DNA from: Burkholderiales bacterium
GTDB taxonomy: Bacteria; Pseudomonadota; Gammaproteobacteria; Burkholderiales; SG8-39
DNA: 42,229 bases
Direction: 5' to 3'
NCBI GenBank assembly: GCA_035554335.1
Contig: DATMIG010000450.1
Location: 1 to 42,229 of the forward strand
Below are positions 16,051 through 23,990 of the stretch, piece by piece. How positions within the stretch are numbered: the stretch's first letter is position 1; every line of letters begins with the position of its first letter. The position numbers and the translations under genes were made by a program. The notes under the pieces were generated by a model, which searched no databases, was not told where the DNA came from, and saw only the letters and a program-made list of their open reading frames with translations.

Positions 16051-17001
16051 CTATGAGCTCAGTATGTTGGCGCCCTCGGCGATGCGGATGCACGCAGCCG
16101 AATGCGCCTCGCCGAGCGGCGTCGCCGGCGGTCTTGCCGCGCGGCAGGATGGAATCGCCGCCGGGCAGCGCGAAGCGAAGGCGCAGCCGGGCGGCAGGTC
16201 GATGGGGCTCGGCGTCTCCCCGATGACCGGATGGCGCGCGAGCCTCGCGTCCGGATCGGGCGGCAGGTTGGCCGACAGGAGCGTCTGCGTGTAGGGATGC
16301 GCCGGCGCGGAAAAGATGTCGCGCGTCGCGCCCTGCTCCACCACGGATCCGAGGTACAGCACCAGCACGCGGTCGGTGACGAGCTCGACCGTCTCGAGGT
16401 CGTGGCTGATGAAAAGGATGGCGACGCCCGACTCGCGCCGGATCTCGTCGAGCAGCTTGAGGATGCCGGCGCGCACAGAAAGGTCGAGCGAGCTGGTCGG
16501 CTCGTCCAGCACGATGAGCTTCGGCTGTGTGGCGAGCGCCCGCGCGATGCTCACGCGCTGCAGCTGGCCGCCGGAGAGCTCGTTCGGGAAGCGCTCGAGC
16601 GTGGCGGGCGGGAGATGAACCCGCTGCGCCAGTTCGCGCACCTGGGTGAACCGGGCGCCGGAATCGAGAGTGGTGTGCAGCTTGAGCGGCTCCTCCAGCG
16701 CGCGGCCGATCGTCATGCGCGGATTCAAGGCCCCCCAGGGATCCTGGAAGACGATCTGCAGCTTCGCGCGCAGCGCGCGCATCTCGGCCTCCGGCAGCGC
16801 CGTGATGTCGTGCCCGTCGAAGCGGATGGTTCCGGCGGTCGGCGCGATCAACCGGGTGACCAGCGTGCCGATGGTCGACTTGCCCGAGCCGCTTTCGCCG
16901 ACCAGCCCCACCGCCTCGCCGGCAGCGACGTGGAAATCCACGCCGTTCACCGCGTGCACCTTGCCGAACTGCTTCACCAGGCCGCTGACCTCGAGAATCA
17001 T
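16051..17001 (-). CDS. ABC transporter ATP-binding protein, DppF/OppF-like
   Basis: Walker A GESGSGKST, signature LSGGQLQRVSIARAL, Walker B LIVLDEPTSSLD, and an oligopeptide-type C-terminal Cys-rich tail (PPGCAFASRCP). The start is ATG at 17001, in an ATGA overlap. Confidence 0.9.
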   Translation of the reverse strand: MILEVSGLVKQFGKVHAVNGVDFHVAAGEAVGLVGESGSGKSTIGTLVTRLIAPTAGTIRFDGHDITALPEAEMRALRAKLQIVFQDPWGALNPRMTIGRALEEPLKLHTTLDSGARFTQVRELAQRVHLPPATLERFPNELSGGQLQRVSIARALATQPKLIVLDEPTSSLDLSVRAGILKLLDEIRRESGVAILFISHDLETVELVTDRVLVLYLGSVVEQGATRDIFSAPAHPYTQTLLSANLPPDPDARLARHPVIGETPSPIDLPPGCAFASRCPAAIPSCRAARPPATPLGEAHSAACIRIAEGANILSS

Positions 17002-17981
17002 GGGGCGGGCAGCTCCGCGGCGAAATGGCAAAGCGCCCGGTGATTGCCGGCGAACGCCATGTTGGGCGGCGGCTGCACGCAAACGTCCGCCGCGCGGACG
17101 CAGCGGTCGCGGTAGAGGCAACCTTCCGGCAGCGCGTACAGATCGGGTGGCGAGCCGCCCACCTCGCCGAACCCGCGCTGGGCGATGCGCTTCGGCGTGG
17201 AGGCGATCAGCGCCCGCGTATAGGGATGGCGCTGCTCGCGGAATACGGCGCGCGTCGGACCCTGCTCGACGATCACGCCGGCGAACATCACCGCCAGGCG
17301 ATCGCAGTAGTGGGCGACGATGCCTAAGTCGTGCGTGATGACGATGGCGCTCATGCGATGCGCGCGCACGAGCTCGCGCAGCGTGTCGAGCACCTCGGCC
17401 TGCACCGTCACGTCGAGCCCGGTCGTGGGCTCATCGGCAATGACGAGGCGCGGCTGGTTGACGAGCGCCATGGCGATCAGCACGCGCTGCGCCATGCCGC
17501 CGGACAGCTCGTGTGGCCAGGCGCGCAGGCGTTCTTCCGGCGCCGGGATGCGCACCTCGGCCAGCATTTCGCCGGCGCGGCGCCAAGCGTCCGCCTTGGA
17601 AACCGAACGGTGCTCGCGCTGCATGCGCACGAGCTGGTCGCCGATGCGCGTGAGCGGATCGAGCGAGGTGTGCGGCGATTGCGGAATCAGCGTGAGGCGC
17701 GTACCGCGCACGTGGTCGCGCGCGCCGCTCGCGAGCGGCGCGAGCTCGCGGCCTTCGAAGCGGATGCGGCCGCCGGCGACCACGGCGGGCGGCTGCAGCA
17801 GACCGAGCAGCGCCAGCGCGGTGAGCGACTTGCCGGCGCCCGTCTCGCCGACCAGGCCGAGCACTTCACCCTCCTCCATGCGGAACGAAACGCCGTTCAG
17901 CGCGCGGGCGACGCGCAGCCGGTTGTCCACGCCGCGGGTGGCGAAGTGGACGCGCAGGTCCTCGACCTCGAGCAGCCTCAT
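16998..17981 (-). CDS. ABC transporter ATP-binding protein, DppD/OppD-like
   Basis: Walker A GETGAGKSL, signature LSGGMAQRVLIAMAL, Walker B LVIADEPTTGLD, and the tail PEGCLYRDRC. ATG at 17981 is preferred. The listed start at 17999 is a TTG that overlaps the permease stop. Confidence 0.9.
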   Translation of the reverse strand: MRLLEVEDLRVHFATRGVDNRLRVARALNGVSFRMEEGEVLGLVGETGAGKSLTALALLGLLQPPAVVAGGRIRFEGRELAPLASGARDHVRGTRLTLIPQSPHTSLDPLTRIGDQLVRMQREHRSVSKADAWRRAGEMLAEVRIPAPEERLRAWPHELSGGMAQRVLIAMALVNQPRLVIADEPTTGLDVTVQAEVLDTLRELVRAHRMSAIVITHDLGIVAHYCDRLAVMFAGVIVEQGPTRAVFREQRHPYTRALIASTPKRIAQRGFGEVGGSPPDLYALPEGCLYRDRCVRAADVCVQPPPNMAFAGNHRALCHFAAELPAP

Positions 17982-17988
17982 TTGCCGC

Positions 17989-18891
17989 TCATTTTCCAAT
18001 TTGCTTGCGGCGCGGATCGAGAAGGTCGGTCAGGCCGTCGCCCAGCAGGTTGAAGCCGAGCACGAGCCCGATCAGCCCGAGGCCGGGAAACGTCGCCACC
18101 CACCATTCGCCGCTGATCACGTACTCGGCGCCCTGGCGGATCATCGCGCCCCACTCGGGCGCCGGTGCCTGCACGCCGACGCCGATGAAGGCGAGCGTCG
18201 CGCTGATGCGCACCGCCCACGCCATGCGGATCGGCAGCTGCGCGGTGGCGCCGAGGATCGCGTTCGGCAGGATGTGCACCAGCATCACGCGCCACGGCGG
18301 ATTGCCGACCGCGATCGCGGCGCGCACGAAGGTCGATTCGCGCAGCGTCAGCACCTCGGCCCGCACCACGCGGGCGAAAATCGGGCTGTCGAGGAAGCCG
18401 ATGACCAGCACCACGTTCACCAGGCTCGAGCCGGTGGCAGCCACCACGGCGAGCGCGAGGATGATCGACGGGAAGGCGCGCAGCACGTCGAGCACCCGCA
18501 GCAGCACCTCGTCGATGATGCCGCCCTTGTAACCCGCGATCACGCCGAGCGGCACGCCGATCAGGACCATGATCAGGCCGGCGGGCACCGCGATGCCGAA
18601 GGCGTAGCGCGTGCCGTGGATGACGCGCGACAGGACATCCATGCCGTTGCCGTCGGTGCCGAGCAGGAATTTGCCGCCCGGCGCCTTGAGCACTTCGTAC
18701 GGAAAGGCCAGCGTCGGATTGAACGGCGAAATCACGTCCGCGAATATCGCCGCCAGCAGGAGCAGCAGGACGATCGAAGCGCCGACGGCGAAGGTCGGAC
18801 TGCGACGCGTAATCCCGAAAACGAAATCAGGGACAGACCACGTTTGTCTGTTATCCGATTGACCGAAAACGTGGTCTGTCCCTGATTTCAT
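17989..18891 (-). CDS. ABC transporter permease, DppC/OppC-like, with an N-terminal extension encoded by a palindromic element
   Basis: BPD_transp_1 pattern (LGTDGNGMDVLSRVIHG..., EAA-type loop ESTFVRAAIAVGNPPWRVMLVHILPN). The ATG at 18891 is the only canonical in-frame start before TM1. It forms an ATGA overlap with the upstream permease stop. Confidence 0.88.
   Translation of the reverse strand: MKSGTDHVFGQSDNRQTWSVPDFVFGITRRSPTFAVGASIVLLLLLAAIFADVISPFNPTLAFPYEVLKAPGGKFLLGTDGNGMDVLSRVIHGTRYAFGIAVPAGLIMVLIGVPLGVIAGYKGGIIDEVLLRVLDVLRAFPSIILALAVVAATGSSLVNVVLVIGFLDSPIFARVVRAEVLTLRESTFVRAAIAVGNPPWRVMLVHILPNAILGATAQLPIRMAWAVRISATLAFIGVGVQAPAPEWGAMIRQGAEYVISGEWWVATFPGLGLIGLVLGFNLLGDGLTDLLDPRRKQIGK
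18823..18889. repeat. 67-nt palindromic element with a perfect 23-bp stem and a 21-nt loop (REP/MITE-like)
   Basis: 18823..18845 (gaaatcagggacagaccacgttt) is the exact reverse complement of 18867..18889 (aaacgtggtctgtccctgatttc). The loop is gtctgttatccgattgaccga. The element is visibly less GC-rich than its surroundings. I saw no second copy in this window. Confidence 0.9.
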
Positions 18892-19904
18892 GCGCGACGA
18901 TGGCTGCGCGGCTCGAGCAGGAGCACCGCGAGATCCACGACGAGAAAGACGATGACCGCCGACAGCGCGAGCGTGAGCACGTAGCCCTGCACCACCGCGA
19001 AGTCACCCTGCAGGATCGCGTTCAGCCCCCACTGGCCGAGCCCGCCCCAGGAGAAGATGTATTCGATGAGCGAGGCCGCGGCGAGGAGCGAGGTGAGCTC
19101 GGTGCCGAGGAATGTCAGCACCGGCGGCAGCGAGTTGCGCAGCGCCATGCGCCGCAGGGTGCGCCGCGAGAAGCCGGAGGCGCGCGCGAAGCGCATGTAG
19201 TCACTGCCGAACACCTCGATGGCGATGGCGCGGGTCTGCTTGATGATCGGCGCCATGGCGAGCAGCATGAAGCAGCCGACCGGCAGCACGAGCTGGGCGG
19301 CGGCCGAGCGCGCCGCTGCCCAGTTGGCGGAGATCAGGCTGTCGATGAGCACGCTGCCGGTCACCACCGGCGGCGGGATGACCTCCAGGCTCACGCGCCC
19401 CATCGGCGGCGGTGCCCAGCGCAGGAAGTAGAAGAATACCAGGATGGCCATCAGGCCCATCCAGTACGTAGGGATTGAGAACGCGGTGAGCGCGCCGAAG
19501 CGCGTGACCTGATCGAAGCGTCCGTTCGGACGCATCGCCGCGCGGATGCCGACCGGGATGCCGATCAAGGAGGCGAGCCCGACCGCAAGCACGACGAGCT
19601 CGAGCGTGATCGGATAGTGGGCAATGATTTCCTGCAGTACCGGCGCCCCGCCCTGCCACGAGCGCCCGAGGTCGCCGTGCAGGAGATGCGCGCAGTAGGT
19701 GACGAACTGCTGCAGCAGCGGTCGGTCGAGATCGAGCTCCTTGCGGATCATCGCGTAGGTCGACGCATCGGCCAGCGGCCCGGCCAGCATGGCCACCGGG
19801 TCCTGGTGGCCGATGCGGATCAGCATGAAGGTGAGAAAGACGATGCCGAGCACCACCGGCACCGCGACGGCGAGGCGCAGCGCAAGGAAGCGCGCGATCA
19901 GCAC
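18888..19904 (-). CDS. ABC transporter permease, DppB/OppB-like
   Basis: VLIARFLALRLAVAVPVVLGIVFLTFMLIR......DPVAMLAG is the typical DppB N-terminus, and a BPD_transp_1 core follows. The start is GTG at 19904, preceded by AGGGG. The listed start at 19928 is a TTG that overlaps the SBP gene. Confidence 0.88.
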   Translation of the reverse strand: MLIARFLALRLAVAVPVVLGIVFLTFMLIRIGHQDPVAMLAGPLADASTYAMIRKELDLDRPLLQQFVTYCAHLLHGDLGRSWQGGAPVLQEIIAHYPITLELVVLAVGLASLIGIPVGIRAAMRPNGRFDQVTRFGALTAFSIPTYWMGLMAILVFFYFLRWAPPPMGRVSLEVIPPPVVTGSVLIDSLISANWAAARSAAAQLVLPVGCFMLLAMAPIIKQTRAIAIEVFGSDYMRFARASGFSRRTLRRMALRNSLPPVLTFLGTELTSLLAAASLIEYIFSWGGLGQWGLNAILQGDFAVVQGYVLTLALSAVIVFLVVDLAVLLLEPRSHRRA

Positions 19905-19911
19905 GCTACCC

Positions 19912-21483
19912 CTATTTCCGGCAAACAAGCTCCTTCCACATGAGCCGGTTATGGGGCCGCCAGAGGTAGCCCTGCATGCAGGCCGCGAACACCTCGTGCG
20001 TGCCCGGCAGGAAGGTCTCGACGAAGGTGGCGTAGTCCGCCTGCTCCTTCTGCGCGTCGGCGACGATCTTCAGCCACTTGGCGTCGTCGCGCTCGCCGAC
20101 GGATTCGTCGATCAGCTTGTCGAGCTTGGGATCGCAGTTCGCGTTGACGTTCGAGCCGCCCTTGCAATGGGCAGTGAGGAACATCGTGTACGACGGATCC
20201 GGCACGAAGCCCGACGTGAGGTGCGTGAGGAACGGGATCGACCAGGAATTGATCGCGCGCCGCGCGTTCATCTCGGTCGACGAGATCCGCTTCGGCGTCA
20301 CCTTGATGCCGGCCTTGGCGAGCGAGGCCTGCATCTGCAGCGCGAGCGGCTCTTCCCACCACCAGTTGGTGCTGTATTCGAGCGTGGTCTCGAAGCCGTT
20401 CGGCAGGCCCGCCTCGGCGAGGAGCTGCTTCGCCTTGGCGTAGTCGGTCTCGTAGTGGTACGCCTCGATCGCGCCCGGGATCGGCGGGTTCAGCATCGAG
20501 CGCGCGCGCGTGCCGAGGCCGAGGAACACCGCCTCGCCGATCGCCTTGTAGTCGGTGGCGTAGGCGACGGCCTGCCGCACCTTCTGCTTGTCGAACGGCG
20601 GGAACTTCGGGTTCATGCGCACCGTGGCCGCGCCGGGCGCCGCGATGCTCTCCACCTTCACCGTCTTGTCGGCCTTCAGCTCCTTGATCTGCTGCAGCGG
20701 AATCTGCTCCGCGTATTGCACCTGGCCGGTGCGCACCAGCGCGACGCGCGTCGCGGCGGACGGCACCTCGCGCCAGATCACCCGGCTGTAGAAAGGCTTG
20801 TCGAAGACATAGTTAGGGTTGACGACGAAGACGGCCTGCTGCCCCGCTTGCACCGACTGCACGTGATACGGGCCGTAGCCGGCGGTGTTGGCGGCGAGCC
20901 ACTTGGTCGCATAGGGATCGTCGGCAGTGGCGTGCTTCTTCGCTTCCGTCGAATCGAAGAGCGTCGGGATGTGCAGCGTGAGCGACGAAAGGAAGATGCG
21001 GTTCGGCTCGGAGAGCGTGATGCGCACTTCGTCCTTCGAGACGGCCTCGACCTTCTCGACGCGGTCGACGTTCTTCATGAAGAGACCCGTGCGCTTCTGC
21101 CACACCGACTTCTCGTAGGTCCACACCACGTCGGCGGCGCTGAGCTCGTTGCCGAACGGGCTCTTCACGCCCTTGCGCAGCTTGAACGTGTACGTCTTGC
21201 CGTCGGGCGAGACGGTCCACTTCTCGGCGAAGTGCGGCTCGAGCTTGCGGAAATCGAGCGAGCGCCCGCCGTCGCCGCCGCCCATGCCGAAGCGCGTCAG
21301 GCCTTCGTAGACGTTCACCGTCGACTCGATCTGTCCCGGCACCCAGATGTCCGGGTCGAAGCCCTTCGGCGTGGCGGTCATGGCGATGACCAGCGTGTTC
21401 TGCTGGGAAAACGCAGGCGTCGCCAGGCCCGCGGTCAGACCCGCGGCCAGCGCGGCCGCGAAAACTGCATGGTGAAGCTTCAT
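19912..21483 (-). CDS. ABC transporter substrate-binding protein, family 5 (peptide/nickel/opine type)
   Basis: Signal peptide MKLHHAVFAAALAAGLTAGLATPAFS/QQ, followed by TLVIAMTATPKGFDPD..., EKWTVSPDGKTYTFKLRKGVKS..G..L.A.DV in the SBP_bac_5 pattern. The ATG at 21483 has GAGGAGGAG upstream. The remainder of the 885-aa ORF is an out-of-frame overlap. Confidence 0.9.
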   Translation of the reverse strand: MKLHHAVFAAALAAGLTAGLATPAFSQQNTLVIAMTATPKGFDPDIWVPGQIESTVNVYEGLTRFGMGGGDGGRSLDFRKLEPHFAEKWTVSPDGKTYTFKLRKGVKSPFGNELSAADVVWTYEKSVWQKRTGLFMKNVDRVEKVEAVSKDEVRITLSEPNRIFLSSLTLHIPTLFDSTEAKKHATADDPYATKWLAANTAGYGPYHVQSVQAGQQAVFVVNPNYVFDKPFYSRVIWREVPSAATRVALVRTGQVQYAEQIPLQQIKELKADKTVKVESIAAPGAATVRMNPKFPPFDKQKVRQAVAYATDYKAIGEAVFLGLGTRARSMLNPPIPGAIEAYHYETDYAKAKQLLAEAGLPNGFETTLEYSTNWWWEEPLALQMQASLAKAGIKVTPKRISSTEMNARRAINSWSIPFLTHLTSGFVPDPSYTMFLTAHCKGGSNVNANCDPKLDKLIDESVGERDDAKWLKIVADAQKEQADYATFVETFLPGTHEVFAACMQGYLWRPHNRLMWKELVCRK

Positions 21484-21503
21484 CGGACTCCTCCTCGTTC
21501 TAA

Positions 21504-23030
21504 TTAACGTATCTCGCGCAGCGCGCGACGCAGGACCTTGCCCATCGTGTTGCGCGGCAGCTTGTCCAGGAACTTGATTTCCTTCGGCACCTTGTAGCGC
21601 GAAAGCTTCTCGCGGCAGGCGGCCATCAGGTCTTCGGCGCTCGCGTTCATGCCCGGGCGCAGCACCACGAAGGCCGTGACCTGCTCGCCCCAATAGGGAT
21701 GCGGCACGCCGGCGACGCCGCACTCGGCGACTGCCGGCTGCGCGAGCAGGACCTCCTCCACCTCGCGCGGATACACGTTCTCGCCGCCCGAGATGATCAT
21801 GTCGTTCTTGCGGTCGACGAGATACACGTAGCCTTCCTCGTCGAACCGCGCGAGGTCGCCGGTGACGACCCAGTCGCCGCGGGTCACCTTGGCAGTCTGC
21901 TCCGGCAGGTTCAGATAGCCCGAGAAGAGGTACGGCGAGGAGACGGCGAGCTCGCCCACCTCGCCTTGCGGCAGCTCGTTGCCGCCGTCGTCGAGTACGC
22001 GCAGGTGCGTGAGCGGAAGCGCCTGCCCGACGCACGCGATCTTGCGCAGCTGGTCTTCCGGCCTCAGCGCCGTGGCGATCGACGTCTCGGTCGTGCCGTA
22101 GCGCTCGAAGAGCTTGCCCTCGCCGATCAGCGGGATGATTTTTGCCTTCATCGCCTGCGCGAGCGGTGCCGTGCCGGAGATCACCGCCTTCAGGCTGCGC
22201 AGGTTGAACCGCTCGACCTTGCTGCCCATCTCCAGCATCGCCGCAAAATGCGTCGGCACCATGTACGCGCTCGTCGCCTGCAGCGCCGAGATGGCGCCGA
22301 GCAACCGCTCGATATCGAAGCGCGGCAGGATCTCCACCTGGCCGCCGAAAAAGATCGGCACCAGCGCCATGAGAAACCCGGCGCCATGGAACATCGGCGT
22401 CGTCGCCACCGCGCGATCCGAGGGACCGTAGCACTGCTGCTCGACCGCCATTACGAACATGGACAGCACGCGGCCGCGGTGCGCGAGCATCACGCCCTTC
22501 GGCCGGCCGGTAGCACCGGACGTATAGGGCACGGAGAAGATGTCGAGCTCGTTCACCTGCACCGGGCATGGCGCGGAGCTCGACTTCGCGAGCAGCGCCT
22601 CGTATTCGGGCCCGAGCACGATGAAGCGCTCCACGCAGGCCGGCGCCGCCGCGCGCGCAGCAGCCTCGAGCTCCGGCGCGACGAAGAGCACCCGCGCGCG
22701 CGAGTCCTCGCAGATGAACTTGATCTCGGCCGGCGGCGCGGCCGGGCCGATGGTCGACACCGCCAGTCCGGCGGACGACAGCCCGCAGACCAGCTCGATG
22801 TACTCCAGCCGGTTCGGCGACAGGATGGAGGCGAAATCGCCGTGGCGCAGCCGCAGCCCGGCGTGCGCGAGGTTCGAGACGCGGTCGATGCGCTCGACGA
22901 GCGCTCGGTAGGTGAGCCGACGATCACCCTCGATCATCGCGATCTTGTCCGGCGTGCGCGCCGCGGCGGCACGGATGCCGTCGCCGATCAGCATGCAGCG
23001 CGAGGCGCCGGGACGAACCCTGTCGTTCAT
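21504..23030 (-). CDS. AMP-dependent synthetase/ligase (acyl-CoA synthetase family), second copy
   Basis: AMP-binding motif VPYTSGATGRPKGVMLAH, then YGTTE, TGDLARFDEEGYVYLVDRKNDMIISGGENVYPREVE and the C-terminal GKVLRR. Confidence 0.9.
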   Translation of the reverse strand: MNDRVRPGASRCMLIGDGIRAAAARTPDKIAMIEGDRRLTYRALVERIDRVSNLAHAGLRLRHGDFASILSPNRLEYIELVCGLSSAGLAVSTIGPAAPPAEIKFICEDSRARVLFVAPELEAAARAAAPACVERFIVLGPEYEALLAKSSSAPCPVQVNELDIFSVPYTSGATGRPKGVMLAHRGRVLSMFVMAVEQQCYGPSDRAVATTPMFHGAGFLMALVPIFFGGQVEILPRFDIERLLGAISALQATSAYMVPTHFAAMLEMGSKVERFNLRSLKAVISGTAPLAQAMKAKIIPLIGEGKLFERYGTTETSIATALRPEDQLRKIACVGQALPLTHLRVLDDGGNELPQGEVGELAVSSPYLFSGYLNLPEQTAKVTRGDWVVTGDLARFDEEGYVYLVDRKNDMIISGGENVYPREVEEVLLAQPAVAECGVAGVPHPYWGEQVTAFVVLRPGMNASAEDLMAACREKLSRYKVPKEIKFLDKLPRNTMGKVLRRALREIR

Positions 23031-23031
23031 T

Positions 23032-23988
23032 TCACTGAAACCATTCGGTGTGTCCGGAAATCCATTGCGCGTAGGATGCTACCGCCGACTTTGGCGCGGG
23101 CGGCGGCTGGAATTCGGCGCCCAGCCGGCGCATGTCGAGATGCGTGCGCCGGCGCGCAAGGTCGTCGTTGAAGGCGATGGGCGGGGCGCCGTGCTTCTCC
23201 GGCACTGCCAATGTCGCAGCCAGCTCGCGAGGATGCCAGGTGGTGCCCGCGCCCACGTTGTAGAGCCTGTGCCCGAGTCGCGGCGCTGTCAGCATCCACT
23301 CAAGCGCGGCTGCCAGGTAGGGGGCGTAGACCCAGTCGCGATGGCCACCCTCGGGCAGCGGCGCTACGCCCGACTGGCGCACCGCCGCGCTCGCCAGCGC
23401 ATGCAGCGGCGATAGCGCATCGCGCACGCCGGTGTCGCGCTCCCAGGGGCCGAATACCGCGGCGACGCGCGCGACGATGAACTCGGGTTGCGCGGCGAGC
23501 TCCTGCCAGCGCCGCGCCGCGGCTTCGAGGCCGGCCTTGCCGATCGCATAGAACGAGACGGGGGCCGGCGCATCGTCCTCCGTCACCGGACGCTCGCCGA
23601 AGATGCGCTCGCCGATGGCAGCCGAGGAGGACAGCGCCACGACGCGCTTTACGCCTTGCCGTGCGGCCAGCGCGACCAGCTTGAGCACCGCGACGAGGTT
23701 CACCTCGAGGATTGCCGCCGGTGTCTCGCGCTCGCGGGCCGCGCCGGACGTGATGGCGGCGCCGGCGAGCACGGCCTCTGCATTTTTGATCAATCGCTCG
23801 AGCGCTTCGTCATCGCGCACGTCCGCGCGCACCGCCTCGAGGCGGCCGGGCAGGCGCGCGAACTCCGTTCGTGCCATGGAAGGGATGTCGTCGCTCGAGA
23901 CAGCGGTGACGCGATGTCCGCTCGCGAGCAGCCGCTCGAGGACGTTGAGCCCGACGAAACCGCTCGCGCCAGTGACCAGGATGTTCAT
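23032..23988 (-). CDS. NAD-dependent epimerase/dehydratase (extended SDR) family protein
   Basis: The N-terminal Rossmann motif MNILVTGASGFVGLNVLERLL and the catalytic Y..K in SFYAIGKAG. The start is ATG at 23988, 2 nt after the upstream stop. Confidence 0.85.
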   Translation of the reverse strand: MNILVTGASGFVGLNVLERLLASGHRVTAVSSDDIPSMARTEFARLPGRLEAVRADVRDDEALERLIKNAEAVLAGAAITSGAARERETPAAILEVNLVAVLKLVALAARQGVKRVVALSSSAAIGERIFGERPVTEDDAPAPVSFYAIGKAGLEAAARRWQELAAQPEFIVARVAAVFGPWERDTGVRDALSPLHALASAAVRQSGVAPLPEGGHRDWVYAPYLAAALEWMLTAPRLGHRLYNVGAGTTWHPRELAATLAVPEKHGAPPIAFNDDLARRRTHLDMRRLGAEFQPPPAPKSAVASYAQWISGHTEWFQ

Positions 23989-23990
23989 AC

